From IMG/VR virus record IMGVR_UViG_2773857985_000001, positions 1 through 64,000 of that record: a DNA stretch of 64,000 bases; one strand, written 5' to 3'. The position numbers and the translations under genes are program-made. The stretch is from a virus. Lineage: Duplodnaviria; Caudoviricetes. Shown here one piece after another: positions 38,158 to 45,957 of this stretch. The notes beneath the pieces are model-generated. The model saw nothing but the letters and a program-made list of their open reading frames with translations, was not told the DNA's origin and did no database searches. The stretch's first letter is position 1, and each line of letters starts with the position of its first letter.

Positions 38158-38879
38158 GCTGCCACCTCTGTCTGCTCCCGCTGCTGCTGCTCGGTGACAG
38201 CATCCTGTGCGGCCCGGAGTTCCCGCCATTCCCCCAGGGTTTCCCACCGGGCCCCGCAGCCTGCGCATCGGACGCGGTGGCTGGCGGCGGTCGCGGTCAA
38301 CGGCGTCCCGCACGACTGGTCGTCGACACGTACCGGGCACACACCGATCTTGACGCGGCCGGGCCGCCGGTCACCGTCGACGATCGCCTTGCACTCGGCG
38401 TGCAGCCGCCGCAGGTCGTCGATGTCCTGGCCGACCTCCTCGTAGCTGGAGCACGCCCACAGGAGGTTGTTGGCCAGGAAGCCGATCAGCAGCGGCACCG
38501 ACTGCGCCGGGGAGCCACGCCACGGGGCGACGGTCCAGCCGAGCGCGGCCCGCCACGCATCCTCGATCGCCGACAAGCGAGCGGCCACACCACCAGGACC
38601 GACAAGGGCGAGGACTTCCAGCCGGGGCGGGATCGGCGGCGTCTTCGACCCGGTGCCACCGGATCCGCCGGGCCGGCGCGCACCCCGCATCAACATCGCC
38701 GTGCTGTCGAGCCGGCGGAACAGGGCGGGCAGTTCGGCTATCCGCTGGCTCGTCGCGTCCTCGCAGGGGCGGCAGGCCCAGCGGCCGGTCTCGTTGACCC
38801 AAAGCTGACGGCCACAGTTCGGGGCGGTACAGACCGGCCAGTCATATCCGTCGAGGCCATTGGTGGGGTTGTCGTGCAC
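38154..38879 (-). CDS. Multi-Zn-finger protein, probable late-gene regulator
   Basis: CTAPNC, CRPC, CP..CG..L..CAGCG; lies upstream of the late operon. Confidence 0.65.
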   Translation of the reverse strand: MHDNPTNGLDGYDWPVCTAPNCGRQLWVNETGRWACRPCEDATSQRIAELPALFRRLDSTAMLMRGARRPGGSGGTGSKTPPIPPRLEVLALVGPGGVAARLSAIEDAWRAALGWTVAPWRGSPAQSVPLLIGFLANNLLWACSSYEEVGQDIDDLRRLHAECKAIVDGDRRPGRVKIGVCPVRVDDQSCGTPLTATAASHRVRCAGCGARWETLGEWRELRAAQDAVTEQQQREQTEVAA

Positions 38880-38976
38880 GGCAGGCTCCTCATGGTGCGG
38901 GAAGCAGGGTGACGCTTGAGCCAATAGTGCACGATCCGGTTGACACACTGGTCCGTTGGCACAGTCGGACATGCGT

Positions 38977-39007
38977 GAGGGCCCGCACTGGTCTGGTGCG
39001 GGCCCTC
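38977..39007 (-). terminator. Terminator hairpin
   Basis: gagggcccgcac / gtgcgggccctc. Confidence 0.7.
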
Positions 39008-39145
39008 GGCGGGGCGGTCACTTCTCGGCGGGTAGTGGCCTGCCGCATCGGGCGCAGCGGGTGTGCCCGTCTTGGCGGATGTGGCCTGCGGTGCGTTCGT
39101 TGCCGTAGGCGTCGACGCATCTGTCGATCAGCACGGTCATGGTTC

Positions 39146-39385
39146 TCACTCCTCGGTGGCGGGGTGGGCCCCTACCAGGGGCATGGGGTTGGGGCGGGCG
39201 GCGCACGCCCGGCAGTAGGCGAGGGTGTTTCCGTCGTCGACGGGGGTACCGCGCTTGCGGCACAGGGTGGCGACAGCGGGGCCGTCGCCGATGAGCCGGG
39301 CGGAGTGCCTGACCCGACCGCCGGGGAGGGCGACGTGCAGCGGGTACCGGGGCTCGCCGTGACTGGCCATGGTCGGGGTCCTCAC
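39146..39385 (-). CDS. Small Cys-containing protein
   Basis: H..TLC..CRAC; coupling. Confidence 0.5.
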   Translation of the reverse strand: MRTPTMASHGEPRYPLHVALPGGRVRHSARLIGDGPAVATLCRKRGTPVDDGNTLAYCRACAARPNPMPLVGAHPATEE

Positions 39386-39648
39386 TTCTCGGTGTCCGGT
39401 GCGGCGGGCGCGATCAACCCGGCGACCTTGGCGGTTTCCCGGAGCCCGTCGAGGCGCGCTGCACGCCGCAGGATCTCGGTCGCGGTCTGCGTCAGGCGGT
39501 ACGCCTCCCCGCTCAGGGTCCGGCCGGCGGCGACATCCTGTGCGAGTTGGCTGTACGCCTGGGCTAGGCGCTCCGCGTCGTGGACTACGGCGGCGGCTTC
39601 GGCGCTGATTTGGTTGGTCACGACACGGCGGGTCAGATCATCGATCAT
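39382..39648 (-). CDS. Hypothetical helical protein
   Basis: GAGG SD; codon bias. Confidence 0.6.
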   Translation of the reverse strand: MIDDLTRRVVTNQISAEAAAVVHDAERLAQAYSQLAQDVAAGRTLSGEAYRLTQTATEILRRAARLDGLRETAKVAGLIAPAAPDTEK

Positions 39649-39889
39649 GGTGTCCTCGTTTCTGGTCTGCGTGCATGATGCCGATGGCGGCGATGTCGCC
39701 CCGGCTGAGCTGGTAGCGGCATCCGTCGGCCTCGGTGGTGATCCCGCCGGGACTCGCTTCGGTGATCTCGTAGACGCACTTCCGGTTCCTGCGCATCCCG
39801 GCGCGCGGGAACCGCACCCGGTCGCCTGCCGCGTACTGCTGGCCGCCGGCCTCGAAGGCGGCCTCGGTGCGGGGTTCGGTGTCGGTCAT
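39638..39889 (-). CDS. Hypothetical protein
   Basis: Coupling. Confidence 0.55.
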   Translation of the reverse strand: MTDTEPRTEAAFEAGGQQYAAGDRVRFPRAGMRRNRKCVYEITEASPGGITTEADGCRYQLSRGDIAAIGIMHADQKRGHHDR

Positions 39890-40143
39890 GGCTGTCCGCC
39901 GTATCGCACCTTGTCGGCGGCAGAGTCGATGGCGTCGTTCCATCCGGCAACGTAGCGCTCGGACCACCCCTTGGGCGTCTCGGTGATCTTCTCGGCGAAG
40001 ATCTCGCGTGCGGCCTGCTTTCGGGTGTCGGTGACCGCCTTCGCCGCCGCTTCCTTCTCGACGCGGTCGAGGAGCTCGTCGAGGTATTCCCCGCCGAGGT
40101 GGGCGTCGTCGGCGTAGTTGTACAGCTCGTCTCGGGCGTTCAT
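39886..40143 (-). CDS. Hypothetical protein
   Basis: YVAGWNDA motif; coupling. Confidence 0.6.
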   Translation of the reverse strand: MNARDELYNYADDAHLGGEYLDELLDRVEKEAAAKAVTDTRKQAAREIFAEKITETPKGWSERYVAGWNDAIDSAADKVRYGGQP

Positions 40144-40402
40144 CAGTCCTCGTCTCGGGCTTCGTTGATGATGGCCTGCGCCTCGGCCAGGGTCATGGCG
40201 TGCTGGTCGCCGGGTTGGGCGATGACGATGCGCGGGTTGTTCTCGTCGGTCCAGTCGACGTCGTAGCGGCGGTCCACGGTCACGGGTCAGTCCTCGTCTC
40301 GGTCGAAGTGTGCGCGGTCGTAGCGGGCTGCTTCGGCGGGGGTTTCGTCCCACCAGTCGGCGGGAGGCCCCGGCTCGACCAGCGGGGCAGGCGGCTGGGC
40401 GG

Positions 40403-40927
40403 TCACGTCGGGAACACCTCCGGGTGGGCGGCCTTCCAGTCCAGCCAGTGCGGCATCGGCTCGTCGCCGATGGTGTGGCAGAGGTCCATGACCTGTTCCA
40501 GCGAGAGCGGGCCGGGGTGCTTCGTGTACTCGTGTTCGGTGCCCCGGGTCTTGGGACTGGACGGCACGTAGGTGGGCCCGTTCTGCCAGGTGACGACGCG
40601 GTATCCCCAGTCGTCGGTGCCGTACTTGATGAAGACGCGGGTGACGACTCGGCCTTCGACGTCGAGGGGCCGCTTGAGCATCCGCTGCCGTTCGCGGTCG
40701 CCGAGGAAGTAGTGGATGTACTCGTCGATGTAGGACCGCAGCATCGCCGCTTCGGCGCCGGTGGGCCGTTCGGCGCTGCCCCAGCTGTAGCGGCTGGTGT
40801 CGACGTCGATGTAGGCGGCGATGTACTTCCACTCCGGGTTGAAGCTGGTGACGACGGGGATGCGGAGCTTGGTCAGCGGGTCGTGTTCGGCGGCATCGGT
40901 GCCGAACGGCCAGGCTGCGATGGTCAC
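40403..40927 (-). CDS. Hypothetical protein
   Basis: Strong codon bias; coupling. Confidence 0.7.
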   Translation of the reverse strand: MTIAAWPFGTDAAEHDPLTKLRIPVVTSFNPEWKYIAAYIDVDTSRYSWGSAERPTGAEAAMLRSYIDEYIHYFLGDRERQRMLKRPLDVEGRVVTRVFIKYGTDDWGYRVVTWQNGPTYVPSSPKTRGTEHEYTKHPGPLSLEQVMDLCHTIGDEPMPHWLDWKAAHPEVFPT

Positions 40928-41187
40928 GACGTCCTCCTGGGCGTCTCTTCGCGGGCGGCGATGAGCGCCTCGCGGTGGTTCTCCATCGCCGCCTCCCGGT
41001 CGAGGGCTCGCTTCGACGAGGAGTCGATGACGTAGCCGCCGAGGAGCATGCCCCGGTGTCGCTTGTCGGGGCTGGCGTCGAAGATGACGGTGTCGTAGTA
41101 GTCGGCGGCGATCCGGATCGTGGAGACGGTGAGCTGCTTGTCTCCGTGGAAGACGGGCCGCTGGGCGACGATCGTGGGAGCGCTCAT
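40924..41187 (-). CDS. Hypothetical protein
   Basis: AGGAGGAG SD. Confidence 0.65.
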   Translation of the reverse strand: MSAPTIVAQRPVFHGDKQLTVSTIRIAADYYDTVIFDASPDKRHRGMLLGGYVIDSSSKRALDREAAMENHREALIAAREETPRRTS

Positions 41188-41291
41188 CGCTCCTCCTTCG
41201 TGATCAGGGTTGGGATGTTGGCCCACCGCACGGTGAGCCCAGGATTGCGGGCGGTGGGGGCCTTGGAGGCCCTCGGCCCGGCTGCGGGTGG

Positions 41292-41570
41292 TTACAGGAG
41301 GCCTTCGGGGTCGGCGAATCGGGCGGTGGTGCGCGCCCAGTGGTGCCGGGCGTCGTGCCCGTCGGAGATCAGGACCGCGTTGCGGAGCGCCGCGATGAAC
41401 TGCGCCCGCCGCAGACCGTCGAACCCGAACTCGGTGACCGCCTGTTCGCGGATGAGTCGCACGTCGTGCGGGGTGACCAGGTCGTCGGTGGGCAGCTCGG
41501 ACAGGTACAGAGCCTGACCGGCGGGGGTGAGCGTCGTGTCGACCCAGTCGGGGTTGAGGTCGGGGTTCAC
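41292..41570 (-). CDS. Hypothetical protein
   Basis: AAGGAG SD. Confidence 0.65.
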   Translation of the reverse strand: MNPDLNPDWVDTTLTPAGQALYLSELPTDDLVTPHDVRLIREQAVTEFGFDGLRRAQFIAALRNAVLISDGHDARHHWARTTARFADPEGLL

Positions 41571-41747
41571 GGCGGGCTCCTTCGCGGGGTGGTGGGCGGG
41601 GGTCAGCGGCGGGCGCGGCGGGCGGCCCAGCGGGCGGTTTCGGTGACGGCCATGACGGCGACCGCAACAACCGCAGCGACCTGCACCTCCCCAGTGCGGG
41701 CCCAGGCGGCAACCTCGGTGATGAAACCCATGACGACTCCTTCGTGG

Positions 41748-42086
41748 TCAGGCGGCGAGGGCGAGTCGGGCGGCGGCGAGCTTGAACGCGAGCCGGCGGG
41801 GCCGGTAGGCGGCGGCGATGAGGGCGACGGCGGCGGGCGTGTACCGGGTGCAGTCCCGCATCCGCCGGCCGCGGTGGATGCGGCCCGGGATGCCGGCGAC
41901 CCCCAGCTTGGCGGCGACTTTGCGCAACGTGCCGACCATGCTGCGGGCGTCGCGCGGGGCGAGTCCCTGGGCGATGGCGTGCGAGGCGAGGGTGCCGGTT
42001 CCGCGGCGGTTGATGCGGGCGGCGGCGCGGGTGGTGCGGGCGCGGGCTTTCAGCGTCTGCCTGCGGATGCGGTTCGAGCGGATCAT
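41748..42086 (-). CDS. Basic hypothetical protein
   Basis: GGGGAG SD; first gene after a promoter. Confidence 0.65.
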   Translation of the reverse strand: MIRSNRIRRQTLKARARTTRAAARINRRGTGTLASHAIAQGLAPRDARSMVGTLRKVAAKLGVAGIPGRIHRGRRMRDCTRYTPAAVALIAAAYRPRRLAFKLAAARLALAA

Positions 42087-42159
42087 CGTGCGGTCTCCCC
42101 CTTCACCGAGCGTGATCGCAATTAGCTAGCGATCATGTGTTGCGCTGGCGACACCTCAG

Positions 42160-42188
42160 ACAGTACCCATGAGGCATAGGCACCGCAA
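42160..42188 (-). promoter_or_regulatory. HrdB-like promoter
   Basis: TTGCGG-N17-TACTGT. Confidence 0.6.
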
Positions 42189-42211
42189 GTCCCTTGCGCT
42201 AGATTGATGCC

Positions 42212-42502
42212 ATGACGCCGACCCCCGCCGACGAGCCGCCCACCCTCGAAGAGATCACCGCAGCCGGCACCCGCCGACAGCGCGACGCCGACCGCCTCAA
42301 GAAGTCCAGCGACGACCTCCGGGAACTCGTCCTCACAGCTCTCCGTGAAGGCCACCTCAAGCCCACCGAGGTCGCCAAAGCCTCCGGCTGGACCGGCGCC
42401 CACGTCCGCAAGATGGCGCGAGACGCGGGCATCGAGGCCGACGAGCGCTACGCAGAACGGGCAGCACGACTCAAGAAGGCTCAGAACGAGGAGCAGCCGT
42501 GA
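42212..42502 (+). CDS. Small HTH repressor-like protein, leaderless
   Basis: KPTEVAKASGWTGAHVRKMAR; TAGATT 6 nt before ATG. Confidence 0.75.
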   Translation: MTPTPADEPPTLEEITAAGTRRQRDADRLKKSSDDLRELVLTALREGHLKPTEVAKASGWTGAHVRKMARDAGIEADERYAERAARLKKAQNEEQP

Positions 42503-42792
42503 CCGCTAGCGTTCCTGAGTGGCTGCGCGACCAACTTGCGAAACGCCAGGCCGAACTCAGCGGGCTGGCTGACACACCCGACAACGCCCAAGAAAGGGTC
42601 ACCATCGACTGGATGATGGAACGGGTGGCAGTCATTGATCAGTCGTCCTCACCCTGTCTGCACTCCACCGCTTCAGGTAGCCCGGACTCCCAGACTTGCC
42701 GTCATCCTGCCGCCGTCGAGGTGCGCAGCAGCGTCACAGGCGAACTCTTAGCTCGCCTCTGCCCCGACTGCGACAGCCAACTTCCCGCGTAA
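42499..42792 (+). CDS. Hypothetical protein with CPDC motif
   Basis: GTGA coupling. Confidence 0.55.
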   Translation: MTASVPEWLRDQLAKRQAELSGLADTPDNAQERVTIDWMMERVAVIDQSSSPCLHSTASGSPDSQTCRHPAAVEVRSSVTGELLARLCPDCDSQLPA

Positions 42793-42829
42793 CGCTCCGC
42801 CCGCAGCCGACTCCCGGCAGACTGCCGTC

Positions 42830-43030
42830 ATGGCGATCCGGGTGAGCGTCCAGGCGGCGACGGAGGACGAGTGCGTCGAGGGCCTCGCCCGCCTCGTGGA
42901 TGCCGGGTTTCTGCCGGTGATGCTGCCCCGCTACCTCACCGACGGCCGCTGGATGGCGCGGGCGGTGCCGGCACCAACGACGAAGGCCCCGGCCGCGGGT
43001 GGCGGTCGGGGCCCTGTCGTTTCGGGTTGA
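42830..43030 (+). CDS. Hypothetical protein
   Basis: CAGACT 6 nt before ATG; RWMARA motif. Confidence 0.55.
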   Translation: MAIRVSVQAATEDECVEGLARLVDAGFLPVMLPRYLTDGRWMARAVPAPTTKAPAAGGGRGPVVSG

Positions 43031-43342
43031 TCAGGTGGCCATGTCCCGGTACTCGTCGGCCATGTCGCCCAGCCCCGCGAGGCACAGTGCCGCGCACTGC
43101 AGGAGTACCTCACGGCGTTGGGACTGCTCGTCGGCGGCTTCGGAGATCAGGCGGGCGGCGGATTTGAGGTCGTGGTGTCCGACGATCCCGGCCACCTCCA
43201 GATGGGCGGCGACCGCACCCAACTGGGCGATGAACCCGGCCGCGGTGGTGGCGGGGGCGGGTTCGTGGGCGAGGTAGGCGACGGTGTGCGCATGCTGCTG
43301 GACGAGACCGTCGACAGTGAACGCGGCGGGCATGGGGGTCAC
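43031..43342 (-). CDS. Hypothetical protein
   Basis: Coupling. Confidence 0.55.
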   Translation of the reverse strand: MTPMPAAFTVDGLVQQHAHTVAYLAHEPAPATTAAGFIAQLGAVAAHLEVAGIVGHHDLKSAARLISEAADEQSQRREVLLQCAALCLAGLGDMADEYRDMAT

Positions 43343-43554
43343 CGGCCCGCGTTGTCGATGAGCCACCGGCCGTATGCGCGGTCGGCGTCGGCGTGGATGC
43401 CTGTCCGGTCGCTTCCGGCGGCGACGGCGGCTTCTACGGCGGGCTGCACGGTGCCGCGGTAGAAGTCGCCGGTGCGCTCGCCGGCCCGCTCCTTCTTGTT
43501 CAAGTCGACGAGGGCGGCGACCGCCTTGCGTTCGAGCTGCTGCCTGCTGGCCAT
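43339..43554 (-). CDS. Hypothetical protein
   Basis: AGGAG SD. Confidence 0.6.
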   Translation of the reverse strand: MASRQQLERKAVAALVDLNKKERAGERTGDFYRGTVQPAVEAAVAAGSDRTGIHADADRAYGRWLIDNAGR

Positions 43555-43561
43555 GGGTCTC

Positions 43562-43777
43562 CTACTGGTAGGCGGGTCCGTCGTATTCGACGGCGGTGAT
43601 CTGGGCGGACGGGTTCTCCTGCTGGGTGCGGAGGACGTCGGTGACGAGACTGTCGATGCTGTTCGTGGAGTTGAACGACAGCAACTTGCCGGTGCGCCGG
43701 TCGTACAGCCGGTAGTGCAGGTTGGTGTGCGTCTGACGGCGGACGGGCAGGGGCTTGCCGTTCCAGGTGTCGGGCAT
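43562..43777 (-). CDS. Hypothetical protein
   Basis: SD; codon bias. Confidence 0.6.
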   Translation of the reverse strand: MPDTWNGKPLPVRRQTHTNLHYRLYDRRTGKLLSFNSTNSIDSLVTDVLRTQQENPSAQITAVEYDGPAYQ

Positions 43778-43779
43778 GG

Positions 43780-44082
43780 TCAGTTCCACTCCCAGGTCTC
43801 GTTGGCGGTGTGGGCGCGGCGGGCGGATGCGGCGAGGAGCGTGGCGAGCTGCGCCCATTCCCGGTCCATGGCCCGGCTGTTGGCGGCCTTGGCGAGGAGG
43901 GCGGCGACCCGTCCGGCCTGCTGCGGCGGGGTGTGGACGGGCGTGTACAGCTTGCCGTCGAAGAGGTAGGCGACCTCCCGCCACTCGCTGCTGGTGAGTG
44001 CGTGGGCGAGGTGCTGGCCGAGGTTGGCGATGGTCGTCGCGGACCTGGTGGACGGCACGCCGTGGCTGATGCTGACGCCCAT
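43780..44082 (-). CDS. Hypothetical protein
   Basis: TGATG coupling. Confidence 0.65.
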   Translation of the reverse strand: MGVSISHGVPSTRSATTIANLGQHLAHALTSSEWREVAYLFDGKLYTPVHTPPQQAGRVAALLAKAANSRAMDREWAQLATLLAASARRAHTANETWEWN

Positions 44083-44306
44083 CAGAGGCCCTTCCTTGCG
44101 GCCTTCCGGAACCTCTTCGGCAACTGCTCCTCGGCGTCGATGACGGCCTGGTTGAGGCGCTGGTACTCGGGCGTTTCGTGGGTGATTCCGGCGGCGGCTT
44201 CACGGGCGGTGCTCTCGGCGAGGGCGGCCGACGCCTTGTGGTAGTCGGCGATCAGACGGTTCTCTTCGGCGTACACGTCGAGTTCTTCACGGGTGGGCTT
44301 GGACAT
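44082..44306 (-). CDS. Hypothetical protein
   Basis: AGGAG SD. Confidence 0.6.
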   Translation of the reverse strand: MSKPTREELDVYAEENRLIADYHKASAALAESTAREAAAGITHETPEYQRLNQAVIDAEEQLPKRFRKAARKGL

Positions 44307-44316
44307 GATGGGTCTC

Positions 44317-44832
44317 CTACTTGTTGTGGGTGTGGGCGTGTCGGGTGGCGCGGTCGAAGGCGGCGAGCACGGGTGCGGCGGTTCGCTGCTGGGCGTTCCA
44401 GCTGGGGATCGTCTCGGCCGCGGGGAACTGGTCTTGGATGGCGTCGAGGAGGGCCACGCACGCGTCGTGCGCGGCATCCCGGTCGCCGCGGGATTCGAGG
44501 CGGATCGCTTGGATGGGGCAGACGGCGCCCGCTTCGTCGCGGACGGCGTCCCGGCACCAGCCCGCGGTCTCGATCCGAACGCGGGCCCGGTGGAGGAGGT
44601 CGGCGACGGGCGTCCGGTACGGGGACGGCGAGGCGGCCGGTGCGGGCAGGGGTGCTTCGGTGATGTGCGGAACCTGCCCGGCGCCGGGCAGGTGCGCGGT
44701 GTTGACCTCGAACTCGACCGCGGCTTCGTCGAGGCGGGCGGTCATGGCGGCGCCGGTCAGGGCGAGTCGGGCGTCCAGGTCGAGGACTGGCGGCGCCTGC
44801 CGGGTTGCGGGCGCGCGGGTGGTCGTGGGCAT
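44317..44832 (-). CDS. DUF6197-like protein
   Basis: GWCR..GAVCPIQAI..IPSWN motif. Confidence 0.65.
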   Translation of the reverse strand: MPTTTRAPATRQAPPVLDLDARLALTGAAMTARLDEAAVEFEVNTAHLPGAGQVPHITEAPLPAPAASPSPYRTPVADLLHRARVRIETAGWCRDAVRDEAGAVCPIQAIRLESRGDRDAAHDACVALLDAIQDQFPAAETIPSWNAQQRTAAPVLAAFDRATRHAHTHNK

Positions 44833-44924
44833 GATGGGGATCTCTCCGTCGATCTTCTGGTGGGCGGGTGAGACCGGGGCGCCCCTGGTCGCTGCCAGGC
44901 ATTCGAGGGGCGCCCCGGGCGGAG

Positions 44925-45122
44925 CTACAGGTCTTCGCCGAAGCGGACGGTCATGGTGGCCTCGTGGAGTTCGGCAGCCTCGCTGCCGTCGGTGGCGCGG
45001 GTGTTGAAGCGGGCCGTGACCTCGCGGATGATCCGGTCCGTGGTGGCGCGGTCGCCGCGCCGCTTCGCCGCCACGTAGTCCTGCACGGACTGGTGCTTGT
45101 ACTCGGTGGGCATTGCGGTCAC
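44925..45122 (-). CDS. Small protein, paralog of 45119-45301
   Basis: YKHQSVQDYVAAKRRGDRATTDRI. Confidence 0.65.
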   Translation of the reverse strand: MTAMPTEYKHQSVQDYVAAKRRGDRATTDRIIREVTARFNTRATDGSEAAELHEATMTVRFGEDL

Positions 45123-45301
45123 TCCCCCGTTCCGAAGGGGACGCGCGCGTCGGCCTGACCCAGTTCGATGATCTCGTCGCCGGTGGCCTGCCCGGCGTCG
45201 TAGCGACTGGTGACGTCGGCTGTGATGCGGTCGGCCGCTGCTCGGTCGCCGCGCTGCTTGGCGTCGACCAGGTCACGGACGGACTGGTGGGTGTACTGCA
45301 C
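45119..45301 (-). CDS. Small protein, paralog of 44925-45122
   Basis: YTHQSVRDLVDAKQRGDRAAADRI; AAGGAG SD. Confidence 0.65.
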   Translation of the reverse strand: MQYTHQSVRDLVDAKQRGDRAAADRITADVTSRYDAGQATGDEIIELGQADARVPFGTGE

Positions 45302-45327
45302 GGTGATCTCCTTCGGGTTGGGGTGGG

Positions 45328-45735
45328 TCAGATGCGCCAGCCGCCGAGGCGGCGACGCGTCTTCGGGTTGGACGTCTGCGCGGCCTGCTTCTCCAGACCC
45401 CGCAACTCGGCCTCGTCCAAGATCCCCTCGTAGTTGTCCGAGCCCATCGGGCCCGCAACCTGCGGGGCCGGGTCGGCGATGTTCCGCATGCCGCGCGGCG
45501 GCGCGTCGAACACCGGGCCGCGGGTCTGGCACAGCGTCACCGCGCTGTACCCGGACTCCGTGCACGGGCTCCCCGTGAACGGAAGCCGGGACGTGAACCG
45601 GTACTCGCCGTACAGGTGCGCGTCCTCGTAGGGCGCGGCCCGCCGGCTGATGTCGTACACGACGTAGTACGACTTCCCAAGCTCCACATCGCGGGCGAAC
45701 TTCTTCGCCTGGCTGGCACTCCACGACTTCGACAT
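45328..45735 (-). CDS. Hypothetical protein
   Basis: GGAG SD; codon bias. Confidence 0.65.
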   Translation of the reverse strand: MSKSWSASQAKKFARDVELGKSYYVVYDISRRAAPYEDAHLYGEYRFTSRLPFTGSPCTESGYSAVTLCQTRGPVFDAPPRGMRNIADPAPQVAGPMGSDNYEGILDEAELRGLEKQAAQTSNPKTRRRLGGWRI

Positions 45736-45774
45736 AGATGATCTCCGTTTCCGGTATGGGATGGTTTGCTCTCG

Positions 45775-45935
45775 CTGCTCAGGACTGCTCAGCGGGAGAA
45801 AGTGCAGGTCGGGTCTGCTCAGCCGCCTGATCAGGCGCTGCTCAGAGCAGACGCTGAGCAGGTCGTGAGCAGCAGCCTGAGCAGCTGTGACCTGCGGGTT
45901 TGTGGCCTGATCAGGGCTGAGCAGGCCCTGATCAG
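45775..45935. repeat. clt-like 8-bp repeat array (CTGCTCAG / CTGAGCAG / CTGATCAG)
   Basis: About 12 copies in 160 bp, directly downstream of the TraB-like gene. Confidence 0.75.
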
Positions 45936-45957
45936 GGGTACATACTTCGCATAGCGG

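Noticed and set aside
45775-45935. Repeat array as a CRISPR or as small ORFs
   Set aside because: Repeats are 8 bp with irregular short gaps, no cas genes are present, and the overlapping ORFs just translate the repeats
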